Shown: positions 48,893-61,569 of the stretch, in pieces
Layout: each line of letters opens with the position of its first letter
Numbering within the stretch: the first letter of the stretch is position 1
Assembly (NCBI GenBank): GCA_030704615.1
Contig: CM060734.1
Span: 13,268,001 to 13,332,000 of the forward strand
DNA from: Takakia lepidozioides
Lineage: Eukaryota > Plantae > Bryophyta
Reading direction: 5' to 3'
Length of the DNA: 64,000 bases
Made by a program: the position numbers and the translations under genes
The notes under the pieces: generated by a model
Databases searched by the model: none
Seen by the model: only the letters and a program-made list of their open reading frames with translations
Told to the model about the DNA's origin: nothing

Positions 48893-51800
48893 TGTCGCGG
48901 CCCTTTGCCTTGAGGGCAGGGGGTCGGGACACATGAGGGCTGCCCCTGTGGTGGGGGGCAGCGGCAGCGATAGGTATGGGGGGCTGAAGCACCCTTGAGT
49001 GCCCAAGGCACTCAAGGAGGCGGAGGCGCTCACTAGGTGGAGCCCCGCACACCGGGTTGCGGTGGAGGTGGCTCCACAAGGGTGGTGGTTTAGTGGGACT
49101 TAGTGGGGTGGCATAGGACTCACCATGGGGGTGGAGACCTCGAGGTGGGAGTCGTGGGGAGTCTTGGGACTCATCACGGTCCATTGGGGCCGCGGTGAGT
49201 GGGCCAAGACTCACCGCGACTCACCACCGGGAGTCGAGGGTTTTCGTGGTGGTTCGCCATAAAATGGCATGGCTGGTTATGAAACCCCCGCGGACAGCTA
49301 CAGAAGTATATATAGGGAGTAGTAACCCCGAGAACGGTGCAAGCCCGTTGGTGACCAAAAACTAGTGAGAAGCGAGCGAGCGGAAAGCGACCAAAGAGTG
49401 GGGAGCTGTTCCGGACTGCCATCTACCAAAGGGAATTCTCCTAGTCCCAAATAGGTGGAGGGTTTAGAGGGAAGCGGAAGGGGACCGTTATGTCCCGGTG
49501 AGCAGCCGAAACTCCAAGTTGGCCCGGCGGCCAGGTTGGGAGTCAGGCGCGCGCATCAAAGCGAGTAACTATGACTTGAAGGGGAGTTTACCGAATGAGG
49601 TGTGCGACACTTGGTATCAGAGCTTAGAGTTCAGTACGCGATCGTCCTTGGGATTGGCCTCATCATGGGGTCGGGCAAGCCGAAGCGAAAGCGGAACGGC
49701 CCAAAAGATGATGACCCGGTGAGCCCGATGGGGGCGACGTGTCACCGAGGCGGCCGTTTGAGGAAGCGATTAATGTTTCCGAAAACGAGGCCGCTCAGGA
49801 GCGGGAGGAATCCGAGGAGTCGGAGCCCGAGGAATCTTGAGAGCTCCGACAAACCAAGAGATGCCTCCCATGCCGGCAGCCTTTTGGGAAGGGTTGTTGG
49901 CGCAGTTTGGCGGGACGTTGAAAGACGTGTTGAAGGCGGCTAATGCCACTTCCACCAAGGCAAAGTTTAAGGTGAAGCCTAAGGAACCCGGCACCTTCGA
50001 GGGCGTTCGAAACCGGAAGGCACTCAACACCTGGCTCCTGGAGCTAGAGCAGTACTTCCGGGCGGCCAAGTTGAGTGACGAGGATCGGGTGGAAGTGGCT
50101 CCACCTATTTGAGGGGCTATGCTCAACAATGGTGGCAGAAACGCCTTCACGACCGAGGCCCAAGCCCGGAAACCTTGAACTGGAGTGGTTCAAGGAATTG
50201 ATGAAGAGACAGTTTGTGCCCCTCAACGCGTCCTGGCTTGCCCGGGACAAGATGAGGAATTTGAAGCAAACAGATGACATTCGGGGGTATGTCCAGGCTT
50301 TCAATGTGCTGTTGCTCGAAGTCGCGGACATGGCAGAACCAGAAATGGTCTTCAACTTTGTGGCGGGACTGGCCCCATGGGCTAGGCGGAAGTTGGAGGA
50401 GAAGCCACCCAAGACTTTGAACGAGGCAATTGAGAGAGCTGAATGTTTCTCGGATGTCCCTAGGGGTGAGAGACAAGGCCGTACGGAGCTGAACCACAAG
50501 AAGACCCGGCGGGAAGGTGACTCCTCCGACCGGAAAAGAAGTGGGATAGGCCACGCGGCGAAAATGGCACGTGGAAATCGAAGGGAGGCCTTCACACGTC
50601 AAAGGCGGCACCCGGTGCTTCGAAAGGAAAAGCGGGTGGAGCGCTTATGGCGGACAGAAGGCGACCTTTGATGGAGTGTGTTTCAATTGCGGGGAGCCCG
50701 GGCACATGGCCAAGAAGTGCACGAAGCCCCGGCAATTGAACATGACTCGGGCGACCACGGAGCTGTCGGAAGATACCATCAGTCGCTTGGTGGAAGCGGT
50801 GGTCGCCAGGACTTGCAAGGTAGGCAAATTTTCTTTGTGAGTTGTATCAGGAAACTGGCGCCTTACGAAAAGGGAGTCAGTTGTTCGTGGATGGGATAAT
50901 ATCCGGAACTAATGTGTCGTTGTTGGTGGACACAGGAGCGTCGCACTCCTTCATGACGCGGCGGCGCGAAAGTTGGGACTCCCGACAAGTGACGTGGGGG
51001 CCTCTATTGAGGTGCGCTCTGCCAAAGGAGAACCTCAGTTGGCGACAAGGTTGGCGTTTGATGTTCCTCTTCAACTGGGGAGTTGGGAGGGACGTGAGAA
51101 CTTCACTATCTGCGAGATCGATGGAGTGGATCTCATTTTGGGATGACCTTTTTGAGCAAATCCGGAGCGGTCATAGATGGCCGCAAGAGAGTAGTCACGC
51201 TGCCATGTGGGAATGGTGGCGAGGTTTTACGAGTGTCGGAAACGCCCAAATCCGTGGGAGGGCGAATAAACCTTCTATCAGCAAAGGAGTGGGCCGTGGA
51301 GGAGACACACGAGTCCCAGTTTTTGCTTTACATTAGAGAAGTGAAAGGAGAAGGCGATGGGGAGCCGAGCCCAGATTGGATCAAGGGGATTTTGGAGAAA
51401 TACCAGGATGTGATGCCGGAGGATTTACCAAGCGGCTTGCCACCGCGAAGAGGAGTTGACCACAAAATTGAGGTGATACCGGGATCGGAACCGCCTGCCA
51501 AGGCGCCCTACCGGTTGAGCCACAAAGAGTTGGTCGAGCTGAAGACTCAGCTCAAAGATCTAATGTCAAAGGGGTACATCCGGCCGAGTAAGTCACCTTA
51601 CGAGCCCCGGTGCTATTTGCAGACAAGAAGGATGGGACGCTGCGGATGTGTGTCGATTACAGGGCTCTGAATAAGGTGACTATCAAAAACCGGTACCCTT
51701 TGCCAAGGATCGACGACCTCTTCGATCGGTTGGCAGGAGCGAAGTATTTCAGCCGGATCGACTTGCGCTCCGGCTATCACCAAATTTCGGGTGGCGGAAG

Positions 51801-54800
51801 GAGATGAGGAGAAGACCGCGTGCAGGACAAGGTATGGTTCATATGAGTTCTTGGTGATGCCTTTTGGGCTCACCAATGCACCAGCGACATTTAGCACGCT
51901 GATGAACAGCCTTTTCCAGGAGTGGTTGGATGACTTTGTGATCGTGTACATCGACGACATCTTGGTGTACTCGAAAACAAAGGAGGAGCACCTGGAGCAC
52001 CTCAAAAGGGTGTTCCAAAAATTGCGAGAAGGGAAGCTGTATGCCAAAGCTTCAAAGTGCGAATTCGGGGTCACAAAAGTGGAGTTCTTGGGCATGTGAT
52101 TACACAGGATGGGATCAAAATGGATGACAGAAAGGTGAGGGCGATCTTGGACTGGGAGCCTCCGACTTCGGTCCCGGGAGTGCGATCCTTCCTAGGACTC
52201 GCCTCCTATTACCGGAAGTATGTGAGAAATTTCGCCAAGATCGCGGGGCCGCTGTCGGACCTTCTGTGTAAATCCAAAGTCTGGGTATGGAACACATTTT
52301 GTGGCCAAGCTTTTGCTGAATTGAAGCAGCGGATGACGGAAGCTCCAGTCTTAAAAATCCCGGAGTTCGATCGTCCGTTTGAGATTCATACAGATGCATC
52401 GGACTTCGCAATTGGGGGTGTACTTATGCAAGATGGACGTCCAGTGGCTTACGAAAGTAAGAAACTGAATGAAGTGGAGCGACGGTGGCCGACGCACGAA
52501 AAAGAGATGAAGGCGGTGGTACATTGCCTTGAACTCTGGCGCCACTATGTTGGTTCCAACCCAGTGAAGGTGTTCACGGACAATGTCACGTGAAAGTATT
52601 TTGCCACGCAGCCCAAGTTGTCCCCAAAACAACTTAGGTGGCAAGATACTTTGGCAGTGTTCGACGTGGATATCCAGTACAAACCGGGACGGGACAATGT
52701 GGTGGCCGATGCTTTAAGTAGAAAGCAGCAGCTCTTGTTGGTGTACAAGGGCGAGACGGCGCTCCAAAGGAAGATCCGGAAGGCTTGCCGGAAGGATGAG
52801 CTGGCAAAGTGCGTGATGCAGACTTGAGAATGGGGGTTAAATCGCAGTTCCACTTGCAAAACGGACTGCTCCGGTATAAGCAAAAACGTCTCTATGTGCC
52901 AAAGGGAGGGATCAGGGATAGTCTCTTGAGAGAATGCCATGATAGCCCGCTTGCGGGCCACGGTGGAGCCAAGCGCACTGCGGCACTCTTGAAGAAAGAG
53001 TATTTCTGGCCCAAACTGAGGGAGGAGGCAGAGGAGTATGTCAAGACATGCACCACATGCCAACAAAACCGGAGCGAGTATAAAAAGCAAGCGGGGCTGT
53101 TACAACCCTTGCCGATTCCAGAGGGGACTTGGGAAAGCGTCTCGATGGATTTCATGACTGCTATGCCGCTGTCAAAAGGATTCGATGCAATCATGGTGGT
53201 GGTAGATAGGTTCAGTAAAATGGCCCATTTCATCCCCACCAAGGAGACGGCAACGGCGCAGGAGACAGGGCGACTTTACTTCGCCCACGTCTTAAAGCAT
53301 CATGGAGTCCCGAAGGATATTGTCTCGGACCGCGATCCAAAGTTTACGAGTAAATTCTGGAGAGCACTTTGGAAGAAGATGGGGACGAGGCTGAAGATGA
53401 GCACCGCCTTCCGACCTACGACGGACGGCCAAACGGAAAGAGTGAATTCCGTAGTGAAGCAATTCTTGCGGAATTACGTGTCGGCAGACCAATCAGACTG
53501 GATGGAACACTTAGACGCGGCAGAGTTCTGTTATAATAACACAGAACACTCCGCGACGGGAGTTTCCCCTTTTGTGTTGGTCTATGGAAAAGCACCTCTG
53601 GTGCCGACAAGTTGGGCCGCCCAGGACGTTGAGGAACCGGCAGTAGCGGCGGTACTGGAAGAACGCGAGCGTTTGTTGAAGCTCGCAAAGTACAACATTG
53701 CCAAAGCTAGGAAACGGTATGAAAGGCAGGCGAATCGGAAGCGGAGGGAAGTGAAGTTTGAGGCAGGCACAGAGGTCTGGTTGAACATCAAGAATTTTCG
53801 ACTACCTCCGGAAATGAGTCCGAAGTTCGTACCTCCGTATGCGGGTCCCTTTCGCATTCGGAGGTTATGAATGAGGATGTGTATGAATTGGAGCTGCCAG
53901 CAAACAGCAAGGTGCACCCAGTATTCCATGTCTCCCTTTTGAAGCCTTACTTCAAAGATGAAGCACGTCCGAATCGGCAGCAAGTGTTGCGTCCGCCACC
54001 TATGCTGTTGGATCATGAAAATGAACCTCAATGAACCCGAGTACGAGGTGGAGGCAATACTTAAGTCGAGGAGGTTCAAGAACCGAGAAATGGAGTATCT
54101 CGTCAAATGGAAGGGCTATCATCTTGTGGAGGCATCTTGGGTGCGTGCCTCAGAAATGGGAAACGCATCCGAGGCAGTTGCAGCGTTCGAAGGGCGACCT
54201 CAAAAGCGGAAGAAGCGTTGATGGGGACATCAACCTTGGAGCGTGGGGGAGGAAATGCATGCTTAGCCCGGTTTAGCTAGCTCAGGAATCCGATTGCAAA
54301 AACTTGTATTGTACAAAAATTTGTGATAAAGGAAATGGGTTCCAAATATTGTGCGTCCTATTGTGTTTGGAATGGTGATGCATGGTGTGGTTGGCTGGTG
54401 TGTAGAATGCATGCTAGCTTACAAAGTGGGAGAGGTAAATTGGGTTAATCGTGTGTTTGCGCAGTGCCGAAATCGGGTGACTCCCATCCAAGGGGCAAGG
54501 AAACTTGCGCCTTATTTGGGAGTTCAAGTGCTAGTGCGCACCTGGCGCGTGCGCGTACTATAACTGCGCTACCGAGGGGGTTGCCTTGTAGTGCGGGCTA
54601 ACGCGGAAGCTACGTGCTTCCGTTCACGTACTATAATCGTGTAGCCTCGGGACGAAGTCGTAGTGCGGCTTCGGCGTGTTCCCGTACCTCAGGCCAGCAT
54701 TCCAAGGCGGACCCAATTGTAGTGATTGGGGCGCACGGTTGGTTCAAGGTTATCTTCCTAGTCAAAGAGGGTTTCAGGTGAACCCTTGCTCAAGGTGATG

Positions 54801-55841
54801 CCAAAAGCGGCATCATGAGCGATCGCAAGCAATGTTGTTGCAGTAAGGCGATTCGATCCTCGGGGAGGATCGTTCCTTGGCCTTGAAGTAGGCCAAGAAG
54901 AGTGCACTGGGAGGAGCTGGAGAGGCTCCACCCTTGGCCGGGACTTGGAGGAAGTCGGCCGAACTAGCTAGTGGAGAGTGGAGTCAAGTGTGGGGTTTGG
55001 TTCTTTGCCATGGGACGCCATGGTACGGAAACAAACTCCTTGATGTGGGACGCCACAACTTGGATGTTCGTTTCTACAAAATGGACAAGTCGATGAGGAC
55101 ATCGACTCCCTGTTGGTAGGGGTGTGTGTCGCGGCCCTTTGCCTTGAGGGCAGGGGGTCGGGACACATGAGGGGCTGCCCCTGTGGTGGGGCAGCGGCGG
55201 CGATAGGTATGGGGCTGAAGCACCCTTGAGTGCCCAAGGCACTCAAGGAGGCGGAGGCGCTCACTAGGTGGAGCCCCGCACACCGGGTTGCGGGGAGGTG
55301 GCTCCACAAGGGTGGTGGTAGCTTAGTGGGACTTAGTGGGGGTGGCATAGGACTCACCATGGGGTGGAGACCTCGAGGTGGGAGTCGTGGGGAGTCTTGG
55401 GACTCATCACGGTCCATTGGGGCCGCGGTGAGTGGGCCAAGACTCACCGCGACTCACCACCGGGAGTCGAGGGTTTCGTGGTGGTTCGCCATAAAATGGC
55501 ATGGCTGGTATGAAACCCCGCGGACAGCTACAGAAGTATATATAGGGAGTAGTAACCCCGAGAACGGTGCAAGCCCGTTGGTGACCAAAAACTAGTGAGT
55601 AAGCGAGCGAGCCGGAAAGCGACCAAAGAGTGGGGAGCTGTTCCGGACTGCCATCTACCAAAGGGAATTCTCCTAGTCCCAAATAGGTGGAGGGTTTAGA
55701 GGGAAGCGGAAGGGGACCGTTATGTCCCGGTGAGCAGCCGAAACTCCAAGTTGGCCCGGCGGCCAGGTTGGGAGTCAGGCGCGCGCATCAAAGCGAGTAA
55801 CTATGACTTGAAGGGAGTTTACCGAATCGAGGTGTGCGACA
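48893..55841 (+). mobile_element. Full-length chromovirus (Galadriel-like Ty3/gypsy) nested in the integrase of copy 2
   Basis: LTRs 48893-49609 and 55127-55841 (TGTCGC...GCGACA), TSD CCTTG, iMet PBS TGGTATCAGAGC at 49612-49623, PPT at ~55115-55124. Confidence 0.96.
49660..54221 (+). pseudogene. gag-pol: Chromovirus gag-pol (gag, CCHC, PR, RT, RH, INT, chromodomain), frameshifted as assembled
   Basis: [53 protein letters not shown] and chromodomain YEVEAIL...EYLVKWKGY...SW. Confidence 0.93.
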
Positions 55842-56867
55842 CCTTGTCAGGCAATGCCACCAGCTCAATCCATTTGGAGAAATGTTCCACCATCACCAAC
55901 ACATACTTGTTATGGCGAATCGTTAGTGGCAATGGGCCTGCGAAGTCAAGACTCCAACGATAGCCCAAACCCATAATGGGTAAAGGATGCAATTGTGGAG
56001 TAGGTGCATTGAAAGAAGCCCGCACTCTATCACACACCATGCACTTTGCCACTAACTGTTGCACATCCGTGTGCATGCTCCGCCACCAATACTGTCTTTG
56101 CAACAAACTATGAGTGCGCCGCACTCCAAAATGTCCCAACTCCTCATGGCCATGGCGTACCAATCACGCTCGTTGTGTTGGATGAGGCACAATCTTCACT
56201 CGTCCATCCTCCCGTACTCGGAGTAGGTGAGTCCCCTCCCACTTAAACCTCTTGGCTCGTTGTAGGATCCGATCTCTCTCCTTAGCAGTCACACTGGCTG
56301 CTGTCTCTCCAGAAGGTAGGCCAACACTGCTGCATCTTCATGTATATCCTTAGCACCACCAAGCTCCTCACTGATCTCTGGATCGTCATGCACACTATCT
56401 CTATAACCAATCACATGGGATGGACCAGCTTGAGCTCCCATTGCTAGAATGCACAAAAAGGCAGATGCGTGCCATCTTGATACCATCTCCTCGTCCGTCT
56501 CACCATGCCAACGAGCTCCTGTATCATCAAGCTCACTTGTGCATGGATTGCGACTCAATCCATCCGCATCCTGATTGACTATTCCGACTCGATGCACCAC
56601 CTAGAAGTCGTACTCTTGAAGCATAAGTGCCCACCGTGCAAGCTTCCATGTAAGCTTGTCTGACTCCATCAACCACTTCAATGATTGGTGATCCGTGACA
56701 AGGGTGAAGAGATTGTCATAGAGGTAGCATCATACTGCAGCTAGACACTCCCCTTCAGAGGAACTATACTTCGCCTCGGCATCATTGTTCGAGCGGCTAG
56801 CATATGGATGGAGCATAGCTCCAATCCCCAGCATACTCCAATCCATATGTAGCTGGCCCAAATGTAG

Positions 56868-57581
56868 ACGATCATCATATCGCACTCTCTGTGGTTGCCT
56901 CCCTTGGTCCAAAATGCCCTCAACCATGAGGTTGGGTGGCCGTTGAATGGAATCATAGGCTCTCTTGAGCAACTCTGGTGGTGCAAGATTGGTCCACCAT
57001 AACCTAGGCCTATGTGCCCGTGAACCCAATGCAGCTGCATCCAACAATACAGCTGGTCCAATCCATGACCGGATCTGATGCACACTGGCCATAACCCTGG
57101 CCCGAGAATCCCCCATGAGAGGAACATTCTCCAAGATATAGGCTAGAGGTTGCATTTGCCTCGTCTGCAAGTCACGCAACATTCTCAACATCTCCCAAAA
57201 CAAATGCGATCGTGCATCATGCAAACCATTACCATGACCTGCGGGAGAATATCCTTGGCAAGGCCACCCTCCTATCACCAAGTCAATGGGACCATGCCGA
57301 TCCAAATCCTCCGTCCCCAGTATGGTAATATCTGTTGGCAAGGTCTTTTGGTACCCTTGAATTGCTGAGAGAGGCAACAACTCAGGATACTGATGTGTGA
57401 GCAAGGCAACATGGCGCATGGAAACATGCCGAGCAATCTCATCGTTCTCCACATACAAGTACTTGCGTACTTTGATTCCTGTTTGCAACACTCCTGCAAG
57501 CCCAGTGCTCATGCCTCCAAACAGGTCTAGCAAACAAATGCCTGAGTCAGGTTGTTGCCAGATAATAGGCACTGTGTCCAA
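56868..57581 (-). CDS. DNMT3-like C5 methyltransferase domain, motifs I-VIII in one open frame (copy 2), truncated before motifs IX-X
   Basis: LLDLFGGMSTG, YVEND, DIT, DLVIGGWPCQG, RSHLFWEM, YILENV and AHRPRLWWTNL in ORF 56730-57581. Confidence 0.92.
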
Positions 57582-57719
57582 TGGAGCTAACTAAGGAGGT
57601 CCAGGTGATGTCACTGAACTCCCCTCACCTACCGATGGAAAGGTCTCCTGCCATGCTTGCTGCACACATTGGCTTGACACTTGCTGCAAATCCCCAACTG
57701 TACCCTACAGTGAGCTATG

Positions 57720-58058
57720 CACAGGAACATGAGGAAGCAATTCAGCCTTGTGCTGGTGTCGCCGCTGCCCTTGTGCCTCTAGTGATGGAGACATAGTTAG
57801 GTGACCAATACTCTCGCCGCTCCTCAATCTCCACCGCATGTCCCCGCCTAAATTCATGGTAATCATCCATGGGCTGCCCCTCAAGGTGCTGGAATAGCCC
57901 CTTCCACGCCATAAAGGGCGTAAACAGTTGTGGATTGCGCATTTGCTGCAAATCATAGCAACTATCAAGCTCCTGTATGAAATCATCAAGCTCGATGGTG
58001 CCCATAGCTTCAGAGTACCGACGTGGCCCCTTGGTAGCTCCATACATTTCTTCCATCG
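57720..58058 (-). pseudogene. gag: gag N-terminus of copy 2
   Basis: MEEMYGATKGPRRYS...ELDDFIQE, highly similar to copy 1 at 14751. Confidence 0.8.
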
Positions 58059-58659
58059 TATACCACAACAATGGCACGGAAATGGCTTGCACTCTCAGCG
58101 AGAATCCTCCTAACTCTGAGTCTGAACCTTCCTCAGAAGGCACTGAAGGTGAAGGTGGCCTAAACCGCACACCTCGTCTTGTATACCCACTAGTATCGCT
58201 GGTGCTCGTACCGGCACTCTCCTCAGCAACTGGTGGCACCTCCGTGATGAAAACTCACAACCACACCTGTTGTAAACCTGTATCTAATCCCCCTTTCCAC
58301 AAGGTAACCGGGTAGAGAACATGTTGCAGCTTATGGCTTAGGCTACTAGGTTCATAACATAAACCTGCACCTGCACCTGCATCCACCGCAATCACTCCTA
58401 TGGTCTGCTGGTCGTCAACCCAGCCTCACCATAAGAGAATAATGATGGTCTGACTGGTTATCACCCCAGCCTCACCACCGACAGCACGCTCTAGGATTGA
58501 CCGGTGATCAAATCCGGACCAACCTCCTATGAAAACAAACGCCCACACAAAACTAACATGGCGCACAGTCAAGCATGCACGTGTGTATGTGTAATGACTC
58601 CATATGCAACGTGCATGCCGAATTCGGGAGGGAAACAAAATTCATTGGACCGCTCCAAA

Positions 58660-59075
58660 CAGTACACCAAGGCCCCAAGAGCCTGCCAAATCTTGGCCCT
58701 CAAGGACCCCAAATAGTCCTTCAACAAGTCGCCAAAGACTCCTCAAGCTCGCCAAATATCGGCCTCCAAGGACCCCAAACAGCCCTCCAAACAGCCTTCC
58801 AAAGGCTCCAAAAACTTGCCAAATATTGGCCTTCAAAGACCCCAAATGGTCCTCCACATAGCCTTCCAAAGGCTCCAAAAACTTGCCAAAACTTGCCAAA
58901 ACTTGGCCTTCAAGGACCGCAAATAGTCCTCCAAACAATGATCCAAATACCTCTTCAAGAGCTCTTCAAAGCGCCTTACCAAAGTTCCTCAGAGTGTCTT
59001 CCAAAAGCTCCTCAAATGACCCCAAAGATCCCCCAAATAATTCTTCAAAAGGCCCTTGAAAATCCTCCAAAAGCC
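58660..59075 (+). repeat. Degenerate minisatellite (CCAAAGGCTCCAAAAACTTGCCAAA / CAAGGACCCCAAA) in the leader of copy 2
   Basis: Repeated blocks visible in the DNA and in ORF 58575-59138 (LGPQGPQIVLQ / LGLQGPQIVLQ). Confidence 0.8.
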
Positions 59076-61569
59076 CTATATTGTCTTTATATGTCACTAT
59101 GTTCCCAGCCTATAGTGACCGTTCCTACACCTTGGTGACCGTTCCCACACTTGGGTGACTGTTCCCATGAACCTAGGGTTTCATGTGCATCTCATGCTAG
59201 GGTTTGTGCATCCCATGCTAGGGTTTGTGCATTCCAAGCTAGGGTTTGGGCTTCCTTGCTTCATGCTTACTCTCCTCAAGCATCCATGACTTCTATGAGA
59301 TACCAAGGCAAACTACCTTGATCTTCTTCACCTCAAGCCACAACCAAGCTTGATTCCATCTCACCTAGCAATGCATTTGCCACACAACAAGCTTCACTTC
59401 TCTTTGGAGCTCAAGAATCAAGCTTTTTACCTCATTTGACAAGCAACCAAGTCTTGCACTCATTCATGTGGTCATCTTTGGCCATCCACATGCATGCTCC
59501 ATTCTTGGCTTCTATGTGTTGCTTCTCCAAACATCAATACATCTCCATCTCATGCAAAGAGGAAGATTCAAGTCCCTTCACTTGCTAGCTCAAGAGTCGT
59601 GCTCTCCTCAAGCTTAAGGCTGAAACCCCAACTCAAACATGTGCTCTACAAGTGCTTTTCCTTCACCTAAGTGGAAACCAGCCCTTTTCTTTCCTTCTTG
59701 CTCTCCATGCCTTGAAAATAGAAGCCTCAATGGGCTGAAAACATGCTCCATATAAGTATCACCTCATACACAAAGGAATGAACTTGTTCCCTTCACCTTC
59801 TAGCTCTCCTCAAGCTTGAAGTTGGAAGCCGCACTTGGAAAGCATGCTCCACACATGCGCCACTTGCTTGGTCAACCACTTGCTTCACCAAGAGCAATCC
59901 AAGAACTCAGAGAACTAGCAAAAGCACTCCCTTCTAGCGCCTTAGCTTGCTTTTTTGTCAACCAAATGAAACCCCACTTGGCTTCATTTCACCATGGATA
60001 AAACAACCACTTCTTAGCTTCTCTTGAGCTACTAAATGCTCCTCAAGCTATCCTTGTTGTACTCCTTCTATGGTGTTTCTAACCCAAGCATGTGCCGCTC
60101 TTTGGCTTCCCTTTCACACCATGAACAACTAGAGCTTGCTCTTGAAACCCTAGTGTCTATCTTCTCCACATGCAAGACGCTTCTCTTGTGATGCAAGAGC
60201 TCTTTTCCAAGCTCTCAAACCCTTGGTGCACAATAATGCTTCTACAAACCCTTAATGCATTCTTTTCACCATAGAAGTCACTTCCTTGGCAAATGGTTGT
60301 CACAACACTTGAGATACAAGAGATGGCGTTCCTTCTTCTCAAACTTTCAAACCTTTTGCTTCCACACACACAAGACTTTCTTCTACAGTACTTGCAAACT
60401 CTTGTAACTCAATAGCTCTCTCATTGAGCTCTCCACCTCCTTGATGCAATGCAAACACACTCTTCCTTGCAACACCTTGCAAGCCTTGTGAGATACCTGA
60501 GCTTTCCCTAGCTCTCTCACTCCTTGGTGTACACCAACACAAGTGTAAAACTATCCTTACACTCCGCACTCGCAAGCATAAGGTCATCTTCTTGTAGTGA
60601 TAATGAAAGTGAACATAATGGAAATCCTCCACTCATGAATCCACTCAATCACATAAACTAAGTCAAACCAAGGGCACCCTTGCTAAGGGAATCCACCCTA
60701 CAAAACCCCCACCACACTCCCTCTCAATACCTAGAGCTATGGAAGTGAGAGAGGCTCATGGAGGCTCAACTACAAGAAGATGAGCCTCCTCCATCCTCAT
60801 GGAAAACCTATCCCCATGTCCCAAGTGAGGCTCGACACCTCACTTGGCATGTGAGACCAAAGGAAGTCCCAACACACAAAATATAAATATAAATATCTAA
60901 AATGTCATAGTTAACTAGAAGTAGGTAATTCTAGATAACCATGACTAAAACCATGACACGTATACAACACCCTGCAGTTTGCATTGTGGATTTCTATTGT
61001 TTTGTGTTATGTCATTGTATGTTATTGCAATTAGGAGAATATAGAAAGGGAAGAAAGAGCATTGTCGATCATATGGGTGTAGCATGCGCAACACCCCTTA
61101 TCAAATGAAAAATTAATAATAATACATGTTGACTAAGAGGGTGTTGCGTACGCAACCACCTCTTTAGGGTTTAGGGTTTAAGATTTGGACATATTCATGA
61201 AATGTAAGATATTTCATCATGTTCATTAGGGTGTTGCGTACGCTACATTCTCATCTTCTCCTTGAAAATGAGAAAATAAGTTGATAGAAAGATATCGACG
61301 TCAAGGAATATAGGGGTGTTGCGTACGCTACCCCCTCATCTTCTACTTGTAGATAATATATGTAGAAGTGTTATTCGAAACATACCTTGAGCTATGTTGT
61401 CCATGAACTCCATGAGTTTGAGAGGTCGAACCGCTACAGTAATCCATGTGAAATGAACTCAAATTGGAGGTGTAAGCCTCTTATACTGGTGGAATGTAGG
61501 TAGGTTGGTAGGTACTATTTGATAGGTTTGTACTTTTTGATAGGTAGGTTGGTATTACTTGGTAGATTT

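Larger units (their letters stand above)
47159..60958 (-). mobile_element. DNMT/PHD-carrying Ty3/gypsy retrotransposon, copy 2 (A1-internal-PPT-B1-gc-A2-B2), internally deleted
   Basis: TSD CGTA (47155-47158, 60959-60962). A1 60598-60958, B1 47608-47692, A2 47240-47605, B2 47159-47239. Retains gag start, DNMT, partial RH, INT and PHD; lacks PR and RT. Confidence 0.92.

Noticed and set aside
56730-57581. Bacterial contamination or a restriction-modification methylase
   Set aside because: It is embedded in retroelement pol context in two copies within an intron-containing plant locus, with no partner endonuclease or operon.
47159-60958. DIRS/PAT/Ngaro tyrosine-recombinase retrotransposon, suggested by the split repeats and a methyltransferase
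   Set aside because: No YR motifs were seen. The element has a protease (copy 1), an HHCC-DDE integrase, TG...CA ends and TSDs, and the MTase is C5-type rather than Dam-type.
61162-61180. Interstitial telomere (TTTAGGG)n, also TAGGGTTT units at 59174-59248
   Set aside because: Only 2-4 units, consistent with common telo-box motifs in plant repeats.
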